Below are positions 1-13,079 of a DNA stretch of 64,000 nt, piece after piece. Source of the stretch: Callorhinchus milii (taxonomy: Eukaryota); the NCBI RefSeq assembly GCF_018977255.1, contig NW_024704751.1, forward strand, positions 7,130,001 to 7,194,000, given 5' to 3'. Below the pieces are notes generated by a model. The model was not told the origin of the DNA. It made no database searches and worked only from the letters and a program-made list of their open reading frames with translations. Position 1 is the stretch's first letter. The number at the start of each line of letters is the position of its first letter. A program made the translations under genes and the position numbers.

Positions 1-245
1 TGAGACGTCTCAACAACGGGATAAGGCGAGGATTAGTAGTAGTAGCAGTAATAGTATCTACCGCCCTACATTGCTGGTAGCGTCTTGTAACACTTAGAAC
101 AGGGACGGCGTGTTTTTTGGGGGAGGATTTATTCAGTCATCCTTTTACCGTGCCTGCACTGAAGTGTGTGTGATGATGGTGGTTGAGGTTAGGTTATCTG
201 ATGATGAAGGTGTATTAAACTCGGCCTCTGTTTCTCCGCTGTCAG

Positions 246-1147
246 ATTATTATGGTGTTCGTGGTGATACAGTTCGAGCCTGCACGCTACGGCAGCTACG
301 TGTATCCTGACTGGGGTCAGGGTCTCGGCTGGATCATCGCTCTGGCTTCCCTGATCTGGATTCCGATCGGAGCCGTTCACACGTTATTCCAACTGAAGGG
401 TCCCTTTCTCCAGGTACGGTCTTCTCCATTCTTAGCATCCCCCCTGACTGCAACCTGCCACCTGTTTCGTAGCGCAAGCGGGAGGATTCGGGTTCGATTC
501 CCGGACGGGTGGGGGGGGGGTGGGGGGTGGGCGTGCGGCTGCGGGGTAGGAGGGGCGAAACCTCAGGCAAGTTTCCTTACTCTGTCAAAAGGCAGTGCAG
601 ATCCCCTGTCTATCTTTCAGAGCTTTTCACACAATTAAAATCAACTCCACCCCCCACCCCAAACCCCCCCATGATATCACTTTGGGAAAGGATGGATCAG
701 TGCCATACAATATGAGCGGCACCGACTGCAAGTGTCCACTGGGTGGCGATCTAACCACACAGTCGGAGTCCTCATTGATCTCTCACAAGAGATGTATTTT
801 ATTTTTTTAATGTATTTTATTATATTTTAATATTGATAATTAATAGTATTATATTTATTTATTTTATTGTATTTTATTCACCTCTGGTCCGTATCCCCCC
901 CGACTGTCCAGCCCCTTTGGGAAGCCCTCCTGACACGAAAGGCGTTGGTGCCAACTGATGTGTTGCGGTGGTTATTTCTTTTTTTTTTCCGCAGAGGTTA
1001 GGCAGATCGCTCACTCCCTTTGGCCTCGAAGGCGATTCAAAACAGAGCGAGATGGTCACGGATTCTCCGCCACCCTATCCCGGAATTCCGATGATTCCCG
1101 CGCCCCTCCCCGTGGATAACAAAAAGCTGCCAAACACACACCTCTAA
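246..1147 (+). CDS. SLC6 sodium:neurotransmitter symporter (GABA/taurine/creatine-like), last two coding exons; 5' part lies outside the window
   Basis: Exons 246-413 (IIMVFVVIQFEPARYGSYVYPDWGQGLGWIIALASLIWIP...LKGPFLQ, typical SLC6 TM11-TM12, resembling GAT1 WGQGVGW) and 995-1147 (RLGRSLTP...PPPYP...NTHL*). Canonical AG/GT boundaries, phase 0. Paralog not determinable. Confidence 0.85.
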
Positions 1148-1369
1148 CTCCGTCACCGACCCCAGGAGAGACTCTGACACTGGCCGGGGAGAGAGACAAC
1201 AATTTGCATTTATATGGTGCCCTTCGCGCGGGGCAGCATCTCGGAGCGCTTAACAGTGTCCGAGCCTGACGCTGAGCTGGGGGGGGGGGGGGGGGGGAAG
1301 GGATGGGGTGAAACCTCTTGCATCTGGAATGGAATACCCTCGCTTTCTATATTTATTTGGTGGCATTTT

Positions 1370-1739
1370 TATTATAATAATAATAATCCTTGCATTTAAT
1401 ATTGCACCTTATCATGCCGTTGAGACTTCACAGAGCACTTCACACAATATATTGTAAAGTGTAGTGACTGTGTATTTTGGGGGCAAAACGCGGCAGCCAA
1501 TTGCGCATCGCGGGGTCCCACAAACAGTCATGGACTCAGTGACCGAATTTATTTGATGGATTATTACCATCAAATAATCAATTGGTAAGCGATCCGCCAA
1601 TCGACTAACAACCGGGTTCTTACTCACTGCTAAGTAAACAGAGGTGTGCCTACGTTTTCACTCCAACCCGCTCGGGAATCGAACCCAGGTCCTCCTGCTT
1701 GCGAGGCGAGTGCTTTAACCACTACGCTACGTGGACTCC
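1370..1739 (-). mobile_element. Full-length tRNA-derived DeuSINE with L2-type tail
   Basis: On minus: A box tagcgtagtgg, B box ggttcgattcc, Deu-like core (gcgcaattggctgccgcgtt), tail aaatgcaaggattattattatt. Confidence 0.85.
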
Positions 1740-2984
1740 ATATGGGGAAATTCCTCCCACTGAGGAAAAGCACCCAGTCACTACGCCTGACAGTAAAATC
1801 CTGTGACGTGGTACGGCACGGCATGAAATGCAAGGATTATTATTATAACAAATGATTTTTTTTCCCTCCCCAATAAACAACAGGATAATAATCTGCAAAC
1901 GATGCCTAATAAAGCAGGGCTAACGTCCTGTGTGAAGGAGAATAAACCACAACGGATAGTCAGATACTTCCCGATAAACCCAAGCACGAGATTATAAACA
2001 ACCGAGTAACACAGACAGGCGGTTTGTTAGTTAGTTAGTTAGTTAGTCACAGGTTTAATTTGCTGGTTACGAGCTCACTTCCACGTCCAACCCTTGACAC
2101 TCTTTGGCAGTCAGTTTGCAAAGCACCAGTGGTCTCGCAGGGTTTAGCGTCCGGAGGACGGCACCTCTAACCTCCTCCCACACCCACTCAGTATCAGCTC
2201 AACATGGGCTCAAGGTCCACACACTCCCGACCTACAACCTGTGAGGTGAGGCGAGAGCATCACAGAGCCAGGCTGACACCCGCCACGAGTAAGGAGTTTG
2301 GTGAGTGTCACGCGTTGTGCAACCTTCGGTTTCGAGGGGTGTCGACAGCAGACGCTCTCGCCCTCGGCCGCACAACAGGGAGAGAGGAAACGAGACGCGG
2401 TGTGGAGACGAGAGTCCGAACTCCCGAGAAATGGAACACCGCACGTCAAGCGTTTTCAGAGTGGCCTTTATTCCCGAACCGTCCGTGGCCGGGACACATT
2501 CACCGCACGGAAACGGGACACGGTTTACAAGAATATTTGCGCCTCGGTCCGTCTGTCTGGGAAAGTGAGGAGCGAGGATTCCTCTTCCGAACACATCGAT
2601 GGTGAAACCCCCCCCCAAAAAAAACCACAGGGACGTAGCTGGTGTTTGACCACTCAGTGGGCGCTCCCCCGCCACCCCACCCCGTCTTCTTCAATAGCAC
2701 TGTATTTTTAATACTATAAGGGATTATTAAATATATATTATTATTAATAAACAAAGACATGAAACTGTGCAGCTTTGGCGGGACAAAAGCTTTCATTGGA
2801 TGCTAATAGCTCGGCGTTCCCACACGGACATCAATTCGCAATGCGACAAGAGACTCATTAAGGGGCGCAGGTCAATGTGATTCCTGTCCTGACGGGCCAG
2901 TGGGTGGGGTGGGAGGGGGCGGTGGTTGGGGCGGGTGCGGAGGTGATTTACCAGAACGATAACGGGGATGAGGGACTTCAGTTA

Positions 2985-3775
2985 TGTGGAGCGACTTGAG
3001 AAGCTGAGAGCAGAGAAGGTCGAGGGGGGATTTAATAGAGGTGTTCAAAATTATAAAGGAGTAAATAAGGGGAACCTGTTTCCACTGGCGGATGGGTGGG
3101 TCGGTAACCAGAGGACACGGATTTAAGATAATAGGCAATAGAACCAGAGGGCAGACCAGGAGAATTTCTTTTTAAAACGCGAGTTGTTACGATCTGGAAT
3201 GCACTGCATGAAAGGCGGAAGCAGATTTGATAATGGCTTTCAAAAGGGAATCGGACAGGAACTTGAAAAGAAAACATTTGGAGGGATATGGGGTAAGAGT
3301 GGTGGAGTGGGACTAGTTGGGGGTAAGAGTGGGGGAGTGGGACTAGTTGGGGGTAAGAGTGGGGGAGTGGGACTAGTTGGGGGTAAGAGTGGGGGAGTAA
3401 GACTAGTTGGGGGTAAGAGTGGGGGAGTGGGACTAGTTGGGGGTAAGAGTGGGGGAGTGGGACTAGTTGGGGGTAAGAGTGGGGGAGTAAGACTAGTTGG
3501 GGGTAAGAGTGGGGGAGTGGGACTAGTTGGGGGTAAGAGTGGGGGAGTGGGACTGGTTGAACAGCTCTTTCAAAGAGCAGCATTAATTACCTCAATGGTG
3601 ATCTATGCAGTTGTTCACTTTCTCTCCCCCACACGCCATTGCCATCCCAAAGATGATGGTATAAATAACGGAAATAAATTATGCAAATAAATTGATGGAA
3701 ATAAATGGGGGAAGAGCGGGGACCAGTTGGCAGCTCTTTCAAAGAGCCAACACAGGCACGATGGGCCGAATGTCC
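2985..3775 (+). mobile_element. CR1-type LINE 3' fragment(s) interrupted by the minisatellite
   Basis: Degenerate ORF2 end (gatttaatagaggtgttcaaaattat, tggaatgcactgc) and 3'UTR (agctctttcaaagagcc...gatgggccgaatg). Confidence 0.7.
3291..3560 (+). repeat. 30-bp G-rich minisatellite, 9 units
   Basis: Unit gggtaagagtgggggagtgggactagttgg. Variant gagtaagac occurs in units 4 and 7. Confidence 0.95.
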
Positions 3776-3776
3776 T

Positions 3777-4070
3777 CATAATAATAATAATCCTTGCATT
3801 TGATATAGCGCTTTTCACGTCGGGAGGACGTCCCAAAGCGCTTCACAGAACACACTGTAAAGTGAATTGACTGTATATTTGTGGGCGAACGCGGCAGCCA
3901 ATTGCGCACAGCAATGTCCCACAAACAGCCGCGGATTGAAAATGACCAATTTATTATTGTTTTTGGTTTTGGAGGGATTATTATTAGGCTCTGTGTGGAG
4001 TAAGGAAACTTGCCCGAGGTTTCGCCCTCTGCCTGGAATTGAACTCGGGTCTCTCACTTGCAAAGAGACT
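3777..4070 (-). mobile_element. DeuSINE, internally shortened variant
   Basis: Same head, core and tail. Nearly identical to 21717-22021. Confidence 0.85.
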
Positions 4071-6158
4071 GCTCATCCTGTGCTGTAGGATACAATAATA
4101 ACCTCCGCTTTGAATGGCTCTGAACTCTTTAATGTCCCCGTTTGCACGGCCGATCGCACCACAATCAAAGACTCCGTACATGGAAGGAAGGACATTTATT
4201 TATCACAATTCAGATAATACTAAAACAATAGATTCGTGGTTGTTTTTTTTTTTCCTTTTTGAGATTTTAGCAGCATTGGTTGAAACTTTCACAGAAACAT
4301 TAATAATTCTAGACGCGTCAATCAAAGAATATCGCACGGTCCCAAAATAATAATAAAAAAAATAACTCAGGGGGTTAATTAACTTCAACCCAACTCCCAC
4401 AACTCCAAATTTGAAGGGAGGGGAGGGGGTGTGTGTTTGGGTAGTGGTGGTGGTGGTGGTGGGGGGGAAGGAGGTGGAAGAGTGAGAGGGGAGGAGAGAA
4501 TTATTCAGCAGTCAAACATGCCAATGTCTGGTGATTAAAGAGCTCGCCCGACCCTGGCTACCGTCATTCAGTGTTCTCGAAGTCCTGTTACACCCCCTCC
4601 CGCACCACCCCACACTATTCCCACCGCTGAGATTATCCCACCAGGACTAAAGTGAACCAGGTAAAGGAGTGAAGATGCATGTGGGGACCCTAATTCCTTA
4701 ATGAGGGGGCGGGGGGTGTGTGTATTAATTCGTAGGCTCGTTCTGTGCAAATCACTTCATAAACCGTAAAAGGAAAATCGCAGGTTGGGGGACACTTTTT
4801 AAAGGGGGGGGGGGGGGGGGAGAGGGAGATGCGAAGAGAGAAAACAAATCAATTTAAATGCTCCCCCCTCCGCTCTCACCCCGATATCCCCTCTCCAACC
4901 TCACAACCACCCTCTGCTAAGAACATTATCTCGGGTCCTACTATTTTTTTTCAAAAAGGACTCTTTTGTTAATAATTAAACCCAAAAAAAAGTATTATAT
5001 TAATAACTTTATGTCTATAAACAAACAACAAAAAAAGCACCAGCGCTTGGCAAACTGTGCATATTCCCCGCCATGCCGTGGCTCGGGTTTACCCTGACGT
5101 AGGTCGCGACGAAAAAAATATACATTTTTGAAAAAGAAAAAGAAATCAAGGTTAAAATCACGTTACAATTAATTGACAGCAAATGTATGTTTGTCGATCA
5201 CCTCTTTGAGGCGATACTTCGGGTTTCGAGGGGTCACCGAAAAGGGGAATCAGTGCAAAACAAAATATTCCGATAACAGAAACGTGTGTTATTTGGGGAA
5301 GAAGGGAGGAATTTCGCCTTCCGGGTTCCGTTAATGGTCGGCTATAGTGTGAAGTGACAGAGGAGAGGGTCGAGCTCGCTAAGGGAGAGTCTGGGGCAAG
5401 GTTTTCCCCCTCTCGTGATGAGCAGCAACACGTAATAATAATAATAATCCTTGCATTTGATGCAGCGCCTTATCACGTCGTTGAGACGTCTCAAAGCACT
5501 TCACAGGATATACCGTAAAGTGAAATGACTGTGTACTGTATTTTGTGGGCGAAATGCGGCTGCCGGTTGCGCACAGCAGCGTCCCACACAGTCGTGGATT
5601 GAGTGACCAAATTACTCTGAGCGTTATTTTTTTCCCGACGCGGTTACCAATAAAACAATAGGCTACAGGAGGACTCCATTTGGAGAGAATTCAACATTCT
5701 CTGCGACTGGCACTGATATGCTTCCGGCCAGCGTCACAAACACTGTGTTGGAGGAGGAGAGGAGCGAACGAGGAGGGAGAGAGGAATGGGTGTGTGTTTG
5801 GAGAGAGGGGAGAAGGGGGGGGGGGGCGGGGGAAAGCGGGGAATAAAGGAGATTCAGCGTCAACGCTTCAAAATAAATTTTGGAACATCTCCACCTCGCT
5901 GGCCGTGTGTTTCTGATCAGCACAGCGCTGGGTGTGGGTGGCAAACCCCAGATACAATCCTTCACTTCTTGTTAAGTCTTTTTTTTTAAAAAAAGCACGC
6001 TCGCACACTTACGCACGTTCACACACACTCGCACACGCACACCCACACACACTCGTGTTCGGCGGAGGTCTCCAGGCTGTGGGGGAGCACTGTGTCCTGC
6101 TCGCGGCCCCCCCCCCGCCACCACCACACTCGCCGCTCCGCCACCCCCTCACACCTCG

Positions 6159-9100
6159 CTACATCACCTGCTCCGTGGGCCTCATGAGGATGTCCCCAAT
6201 CTGAAAAGAGAAACGACACAAAGGTGACCATCGATCACAGTACAGGGTAATCCCCCCCCCCCCAGACCCCCGAAAATCACACTCGCACACCCCAAAAAAA
6301 CACACACACACAAACACGATGCATTTCTATAAGAAAAATTCTACAATCCAATCTTGTTGAAACCCTCGTAAATTGAAACTTCAGATTTCTTATTGCTTCA
6401 GGTATGTGAGTGCGCGTGAGTGAGTGCGCGTGAGTGAGTGCGCGTGAGTGTGTGTGTCCGTGTGTGAGCGTGTGTGTGTATGGGGGGGGGGAACAGAGAA
6501 TTGAAGCCACTGGCGGTGACTCGTTTGCAGTGTTTTGCAACATAAATCACTGAACAGCTTCCATAAGAGCAGCAGACGGCCACTTGCCTGGACGTGTGGA
6601 GGGGCGCTCAGTATGTAAACAACAGCGTGTGCCAAATCCTCCGCCTTCAAACACTGAGGAGAGAGCGAGAGAGAGAGAGAGACATTCTTTACACAATCGC
6701 TCTGGGACGCTGCCCTTTGTGAGGGGCGCTATATTAATGCAAGTTGTTGTTGTACATTGGGCTCCGACATTACAATAATAACCCTTGCATTTGAAGAATA
6801 TACCGTGGAGTGACTGCTTTGTGGGCGAAACACGTCAGCCAATTTTCACACCGCGATGTCCCACAAACAGTTGTGGAGCGAGTGAGCGACCAATTTTATT
6901 TGGGGCTGGGGTGGGGGTGGATCGTCGGCCAGGACACTGGGAGAGAGGGAGAGAGAGAGAGAGAAAAAGTCCCTTCTCTTTTCCAATAGTGCCATGGGAT
7001 CTTTAAAAACGCTCGTTCACTTCACAGCTTGAATGGGCTGCTGCATTGGCAAAGTGACTGTACTTTTCGCTCACAAACATACGGTCTATATTCTGTGAAG
7101 CGCTTTGAGACGTCGAGAAGACGTGAAAATGCGCTACGTCAAATGCAAGGATTATTATTACATTAATACTTTACTCCTGTGAAGCGCTTCGAGGCGTCCC
7201 AATGACGTGATAAGGCGCCGTATCACATGCAAGGGTTATTATTGCAATGTCTTCTAATGATCATTATATTATTATTGTTAACCCGCCGGCACTTCGCTTT
7301 CCCAGGAACCCAGGCAGGCGGGCACTTGGACTTGGCAGAGGTGAACGTTGTTGACTTGCTCTGCATTCTTCCCGGGCACCCAGCCCGGGCAGTCCCAGGC
7401 TCCAGGCACATTCCAAGAAGTGGGTGAGCGGGAGGGCGGGGGCGGCGGAGGAGATACCGAGGCAGGTTGCCACAAATGGAATTTAGACAGCAAATCAAAA
7501 GTCATCCGTTATCTGGTTCGATCGCGGTGCTTGAGACATCAACAAAAAGCAACAAGATTACATTTACGCACGGCTTGTTTATTCCCCTGCGCCTCCCCAA
7601 AATGGGTTCGTCTTCGAGATGCCACTGAGCGCTTCACAAAACATACTGTAAAGTCATTTGTGGGCGAAACCCGGCAGCCAATTGCGCACAGCAACGTCCC
7701 AACAAACAGTCGTGGATCGAGTGACTAAATTATTATAATATTTTTGGGGGCGAAGGGCCAATCAACTAACAACCGGGTTCCTACCTAGTGCTGGGTAAAG
7801 AGAAGTGAGTGGAGTAAGGAAACCTGTCTAAGGCTTTGCCCTGTTCGGGAATTGAACCCAGGTCCTGTCGTTTGCGAGGCGAGCGCGCTAACAACCACGC
7901 GAGGAGACTCAAAGATCTAAATCGTGTACAAGCAAGAGCGAGCGAGCGCTGCGTACCTTAAGGCTCTCGTAAATGGCCGCAGCTTTCTCGGGGTCGTTGT
8001 TATGCAGCCTGAAAGCAAACTGCGTCTCCACCAGCCCCGGCGATATAGCCTGCGGGGAGCGGGGCAGAGAGTTAATCATCAAAGCAACCCGAGGGTTACT
8101 GTTTCTTCCTCATCTTCGCCCCCACCCCCCCCAGCCGCATGCCCCATCACTGCGTTTGAACATCTCTCTCCTCACCCCCAGCCCCCAGCCCCCCCCACCG
8201 CTCACACACTACTTCACAAGCCTCACTTGTTTCTTCTCCCCCCACACACCGGGCTTGTTTATTCCCCTGCACCTCCCCAAAATGGTTTCCTGGGGCTTGC
8301 CTCTCCCCCCGTTCCCCCGCCACCACCAATACTCCCCGCAGCTCTTACCGTAGCCCTGATGTGGGTGTTCTCTTGCCGGAGCTCTTGCCTCAGCCCCTCT
8401 GTCAGGCCGGTCACCGCGTGTTTTGTAGCCGAGTAGAAGCTAATGGTCGGGGAGTTCGGCACCCGGTGGCCAGACATGCTGGGGTTGGGGCGGGGGAGCG
8501 AGAGAGAGGATCAGACTTTACTGCGAGCGACTGGACATAAAGGTGCCACAGCCAGAGCAACCGATCCATACCTCGGGACACGAGCGGTTGCAGATGTGAC
8601 TGAGGGATGGGAGTCGAGCGGGCGGGAAACGAGTTTAGGGAGACTCCGCCTGGCAGCCGTCGCTCGCTCGCGATCCTCGTCTTCCACAGAACAAGGGGGA
8701 ACAAAACCCACTGCTCCCAGCAACACAAGTGTGCGCACAACTCACAAACACACTGACGGCGCTCGTGCACAAACACACACACGTGCGCGCGAACCACACC
8801 GTGACTTGCGAATGCATTAGTTGCGGAAAGCATCGTTTCCTAAATCCACTTTGGTTTCTTTCTCTCTCTCTCTCTCTCTCTCCCTATTAAAGGTCTTGGA
8901 GAATTCCCAGAATTTCAAACACACCTGAAATTCTCACACACGCACACACACACACAGCCCCTCGGGGCCTGGCCTGCTCTCCGGCTTTGTACCGTTCGCC
9001 ACAAGAGACCGAGTTACTGCACCGAACGGTTCCACAGAGACCCGATCGATTTCATACCAGATGTTTCATCACTCTCTAAATGGAGCTTTCCTCTCCCCCA

Positions 9101-10040
9101 CCCTGGCCTGCTCCAGGTGCTAGCGCCGACCATCCCTCACCCCATCCCACGCCCGGCCCAGCTCTGTGGTCAGTGAGTCTCTTACCTGTTTATGTTAATG
9201 ATGTGACCGTCGTCCACATTCCGCTCCCTCATTGACTGGTAAGCCTCCCGTGTGCAGATCGCCAACGCCATCACGTTCACCTGGGCACAGGAACAACGGA
9301 CGGGCAGGTCAGATCAGGGCAGGACCCCTGCCAACCCCCACCCCCATCCATGTCCCAAAGCACTGGGTAATACCCTGGGTTATTGTTACACCAGCCCAGG
9401 ACGTGTTCAAAAGCTCATGTTGTTGTTCAGCCCTCGATAGCGGTTCGTAACCCACCCGAGGGGCGTGGCGTGGTTAAGAGCGAGATTTGCGGTGTTTGCT
9501 CTCACCCATTCCTTAGGATAATTAATGTCGATAGGAATCGTTTTGCCAAAACACCCGGGGACGAGGAGACTCGCTTGATTCTTCACTTCGGTCATGTGTT
9601 TGGGGAAATAATTACACCCCTCTCCATCCCACCCCCAACACCCCCCCACCCCTCCCCTCAACATGTTAAAAAGAAATTTTTAAAAAAACTTTAAAGAACT
9701 TTTCGGGGGAAAATTATTCAAAAGCGGAAAAAAAATCGAAAACAAATTGCCCCCAAAAACGAGGCCCTCCACACCCCACAACCCACACCCCCCCCCACCC
9801 CTCCGTCACCCCACTCGGGTGATGACTCACAGCGATCATGTTCCTCCAGCCCTCGGTCCTCCCGGAGAGCAGTGGCTCAGGGTGAGCCAGGCCGGCATTG
9901 TTGATGCAGACGTCCACTCCCTGGTGGAGGGTCTTGATGGCCGAGAACATGGACAGGATCTCCTCCTCGTTGGTCAGGTCGCATTTGTAAGGGATCAGAG
10001 TCCCGGGGTAACCGGCGCTCTCACACTCCGCCGCCGTTTT
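6159..10040 (-). CDS. DHRS11: Dehydrogenase/reductase SDR family member 11, exons 2-7 (exon 1 not found)
   Basis: Exons 10040-9831, 9280-9186, 8478-8349, 8049-7957, 6653-6588, 6200-6159 join in frame. Contains NNAG, the catalytic YSATK and C-terminal IGDILMRPTEQVM*. Intron positions match human DHRS11 as I recall them. The Rossmann TGxxxGxG exon was not seen. Confidence 0.95.
7615..7910 (-). mobile_element. DeuSINE copy
   Basis: B-box-like gggttcaattccc, ccttactccac and Deu core on the minus strand. Confidence 0.75.
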
Positions 10041-11019
10041 CTACACCAACCCAAAGAGGAACAGGGGAGAGGGTTAAGATGGGTGTAATTTCGCCCGGCT
10101 CGGCGACAAACAACTTGCATTTTTTATACCGCCCCTATCGTTGTGACGTCTCAAAGTGCTTCACACCATACACTGTGAAGTGGAGTGACTTTCTATTTTG
10201 TGGGCGAAATGTGGCAGCCAATTGCACACAGTGGTGTCCGACAAACAGGCGTGGGTCGGATGAGCACATTTTTTTTGTGGAGGGATTATTAGCACCGGAA
10301 AGCGATCCGCCAGTCGACTAACAACTGGGGCTCCTGCTCAGTGAGCTCAAAGCCGCCGAGGATGGGTGGGGGGGAGCCAGGTGTGCGTATGTGCGAAGGG
10401 GGGTCGAATGCACCAACCTCCCAATCCAGAGGAGAGAGAGAGAGAGAGAAAGCAAGGGAGGGAGGGAAAGACCGAGCCAGACTGCCAAATGATGACAAGA
10501 TGAGTGTTCAGCCAGGCTTGAGGTTACACACAGCGCAACTGCCGAGAAGTGTTTGTGCAGCCGGTCCAGTCCAGTGCAGGGCTGAGCAGCTGACACTGGA
10601 ACTGCTAATTGATTCCAATTTAATCCCTTTAAAAGCGTCTCCGAAGCCAACTCCGAACAAAGGCTCGGGGTGGGGGGGGGTGACCTTTCCCGAATAACTG
10701 TGCGGTACATATACCTCCCCAGGGGAGGAGAGGGCAGATTTCCGGCCAAAACTTATGCAACGACTCGGATGGATTCGAGACATCACTCTGTCTGAGTGAC
10801 TCTGTCCGAAACTTCCTCCCCCCATTAAAGTCACTACCACTCACTCCACCTGCGTGGACAACCCAACGCGAGTTTGTGTTTTGGGTTCTGAACGCCTCCC
10901 CCAACGCTTAATGTGCCAGTTGGGGTGCATATGGGAGGTGGGGGTTGGGGTGAGGGCATTGGTGCTACTGAGCTTTTACACCCCACCCTCTCCAAGCAAA
11001 GATAGAAGGACCCCAATGA

Positions 11020-11410
11020 TAATAATAACAATGATTGCGCTTGACACACTGCCTTATCACGGCATTGAGACGTCTCAAAGTGCTTCCCCGAATATAGTGG
11101 TAAGTGCAGTGACTGTCTGTTTTATGGGCGAAACGTGGCAGCTAGTTTTGCGCACAACAGTGTCCCACAAACAGCTGTGGAGTGAGCGACCAATTCATTT
11201 CATTTGGGTGATTGTTGGCCAGGACACCAGGAGAGAGAAACTCCCTTCTCTTTCTGAATACCGCCAAGGGATCTTTAACCGAAGGACGGCACCTCCGACA
11301 ATGCAACTCACCCCCAGCACTGCATTGGAGCGTCAGCTTAGACTATGTTGGTTCCAACATGAGGCTTCTGACTCAGAGGCGAGAGCACTACCACTGCGCC
11401 AGGCTGACAC
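11020..11410 (-). mobile_element. Older SacSINE1/AmnSINE-like DeuSINE
   Basis: tRNA-like head (ggcgcagtggtagtgctctcgcctctgagtcagaag), ctcctggtgtcctggccaaca, Deu core and tail. Confidence 0.65.
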
Positions 11411-13079
11411 ACAAAGCATCCAGCAGATCGCAGCAGCAGAGACAGAGGTAAAGATAGAGTGAAGCCAAGAGATCAGATCTTTCCCATCTGCTGTCTCAAA
11501 TCCCCAGTTATGCAACCACCTTCGAGTTGCACTAAGTTGACCCGTTGAGGCGTCAGTCGCACAGTGAGGGGTCTATAAAAGGCACCGCAAAATAGGACAC
11601 GGACCGAAGTCAGGTCGATCCGAATTCAAAGCGGACTCTGCTGTGGGGACGCAGGGCTGGCCACGTCAATTCTAGCGATTAATCATTATAATTATAATAA
11701 CCAGAAATGACAAACAATATTTGCATTTGGTGTATGTTGCTATGTACAAATTCGGCTGCCGTGTTCGCTCGCAAAACACCGGGTCACTACCCTTTTACAG
11801 TGAATCCTGTGAGACGCTTCACCTCACCTACAAATCCCTCCACACCCTTGCGTCTCTCTGCCCCCACCTCCTCCTCCCTCCCTCCCTTCACCACTCGCCT
11901 CTTCCATCTCTCCCCACTCCCCCAAGCACGAGAATTCCCCTTTTTAGAGCAGAATCAAGATTACATCCTCCACGACCTTTGATTGTTCCAACTCCAACCC
12001 CATTCCTTCCACTTCCCAATCGTGAACTCTACCCACTGAAACCCCCACCCCCACTCTCTCTCTCTGCCCACTGTTATCAATGGCTCAAAGGTATAATTAC
12101 AGGCAATAAGAGGAAAGTGCATCATACGCCCAGAGGGAGAACATTACGGATTGCAAATAAAAGTCCTCCCTGAGCTAACAACCCTGGCATCCGATTACCT
12201 TAAAGCCATTGAAGGAGCGGTGCCAACCAACCAAGCGCAATTTCCGTTTGCTGTAATTTGGTGCCAGACTACCAAAGTGGGTCGCTCTCTCTCTCTCTCT
12301 CTCTCTCTCCGTGCTGGGAGGTTGTGGGTCTCCCGTATGAAGGGTGCTATATAATAAGGAGGAGGTGGGGATAAGGAAGTGGGGCGCCAGGCTGATTTCA
12401 CCCTTGCTCTAACCCGTCACACATTGAGGCCGACTGTCTTATTTCCTGGTAACTCAATCCACCTCCAGCTCCTGGTGAGGAGCATTCACACTGCAGCTAA
12501 CATTTGATACCCAGCATTCAGCCCGTGTTTTGGTCTGTCCGGATTAGTACTGCCCTGGCAGCGATCAGCCAACTCAGCACTGGCCCGGGCCCAAAACTAC
12601 CACTTGAAAATGATCGAATCCTACTCTCGTACTGGGCAAAGATCAGCCTTTTCCCTCTAGAGCTGAAGTCAAACATTTAATACACTCAAAACAAGTTCTG
12701 GGTTTTCACAAAGCGCTCAGTCAGGGCACGAGGTGTCATAGTAAATTGGCCTCAAAGTTGAACCCCAAATACTCTTTGAAAATCAACCCTTGGGATGACA
12801 AGACTGTAGATTAACTATTAACCATTAACCACCTCGCTCTATCAGAGCCGAGCGCCGGCTAAACCCTGTGTTATCTACCCAACGCTTAAAAATGATTAAC
12901 CATTCGCTCTGGTATGATGCCACCACGCACACACGCAGGTTAAGTTACCAGGCAATGAGGATAATTGAAGTGTTTGAAATATACTGTCACCCCGAGGTTA
13001 TGTCACAGCAAGCAGTTTAAACTCTGCCTGGTCACAGTAGGCACACGGACAAACACAAGACAACACAGATTGACTCAGT

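Noticed and set aside
3291-3560. Regular 30-bp repeats resembling a CRISPR array or a repetitive protein (ORFs 3032-3583, 3184-3690)
   Set aside because: No unique spacers and the context is eukaryotic. The ORFs are by-products of a stop-free 30-bp unit.
10482-10589. Box C (ATGATGA) and box D (CTGA) with a short CTGC/GCAG stem, snoRNA-like
   Set aside because: It is antisense to the host DHRS11 transcript and I recognise no rRNA or snRNA guide complement.
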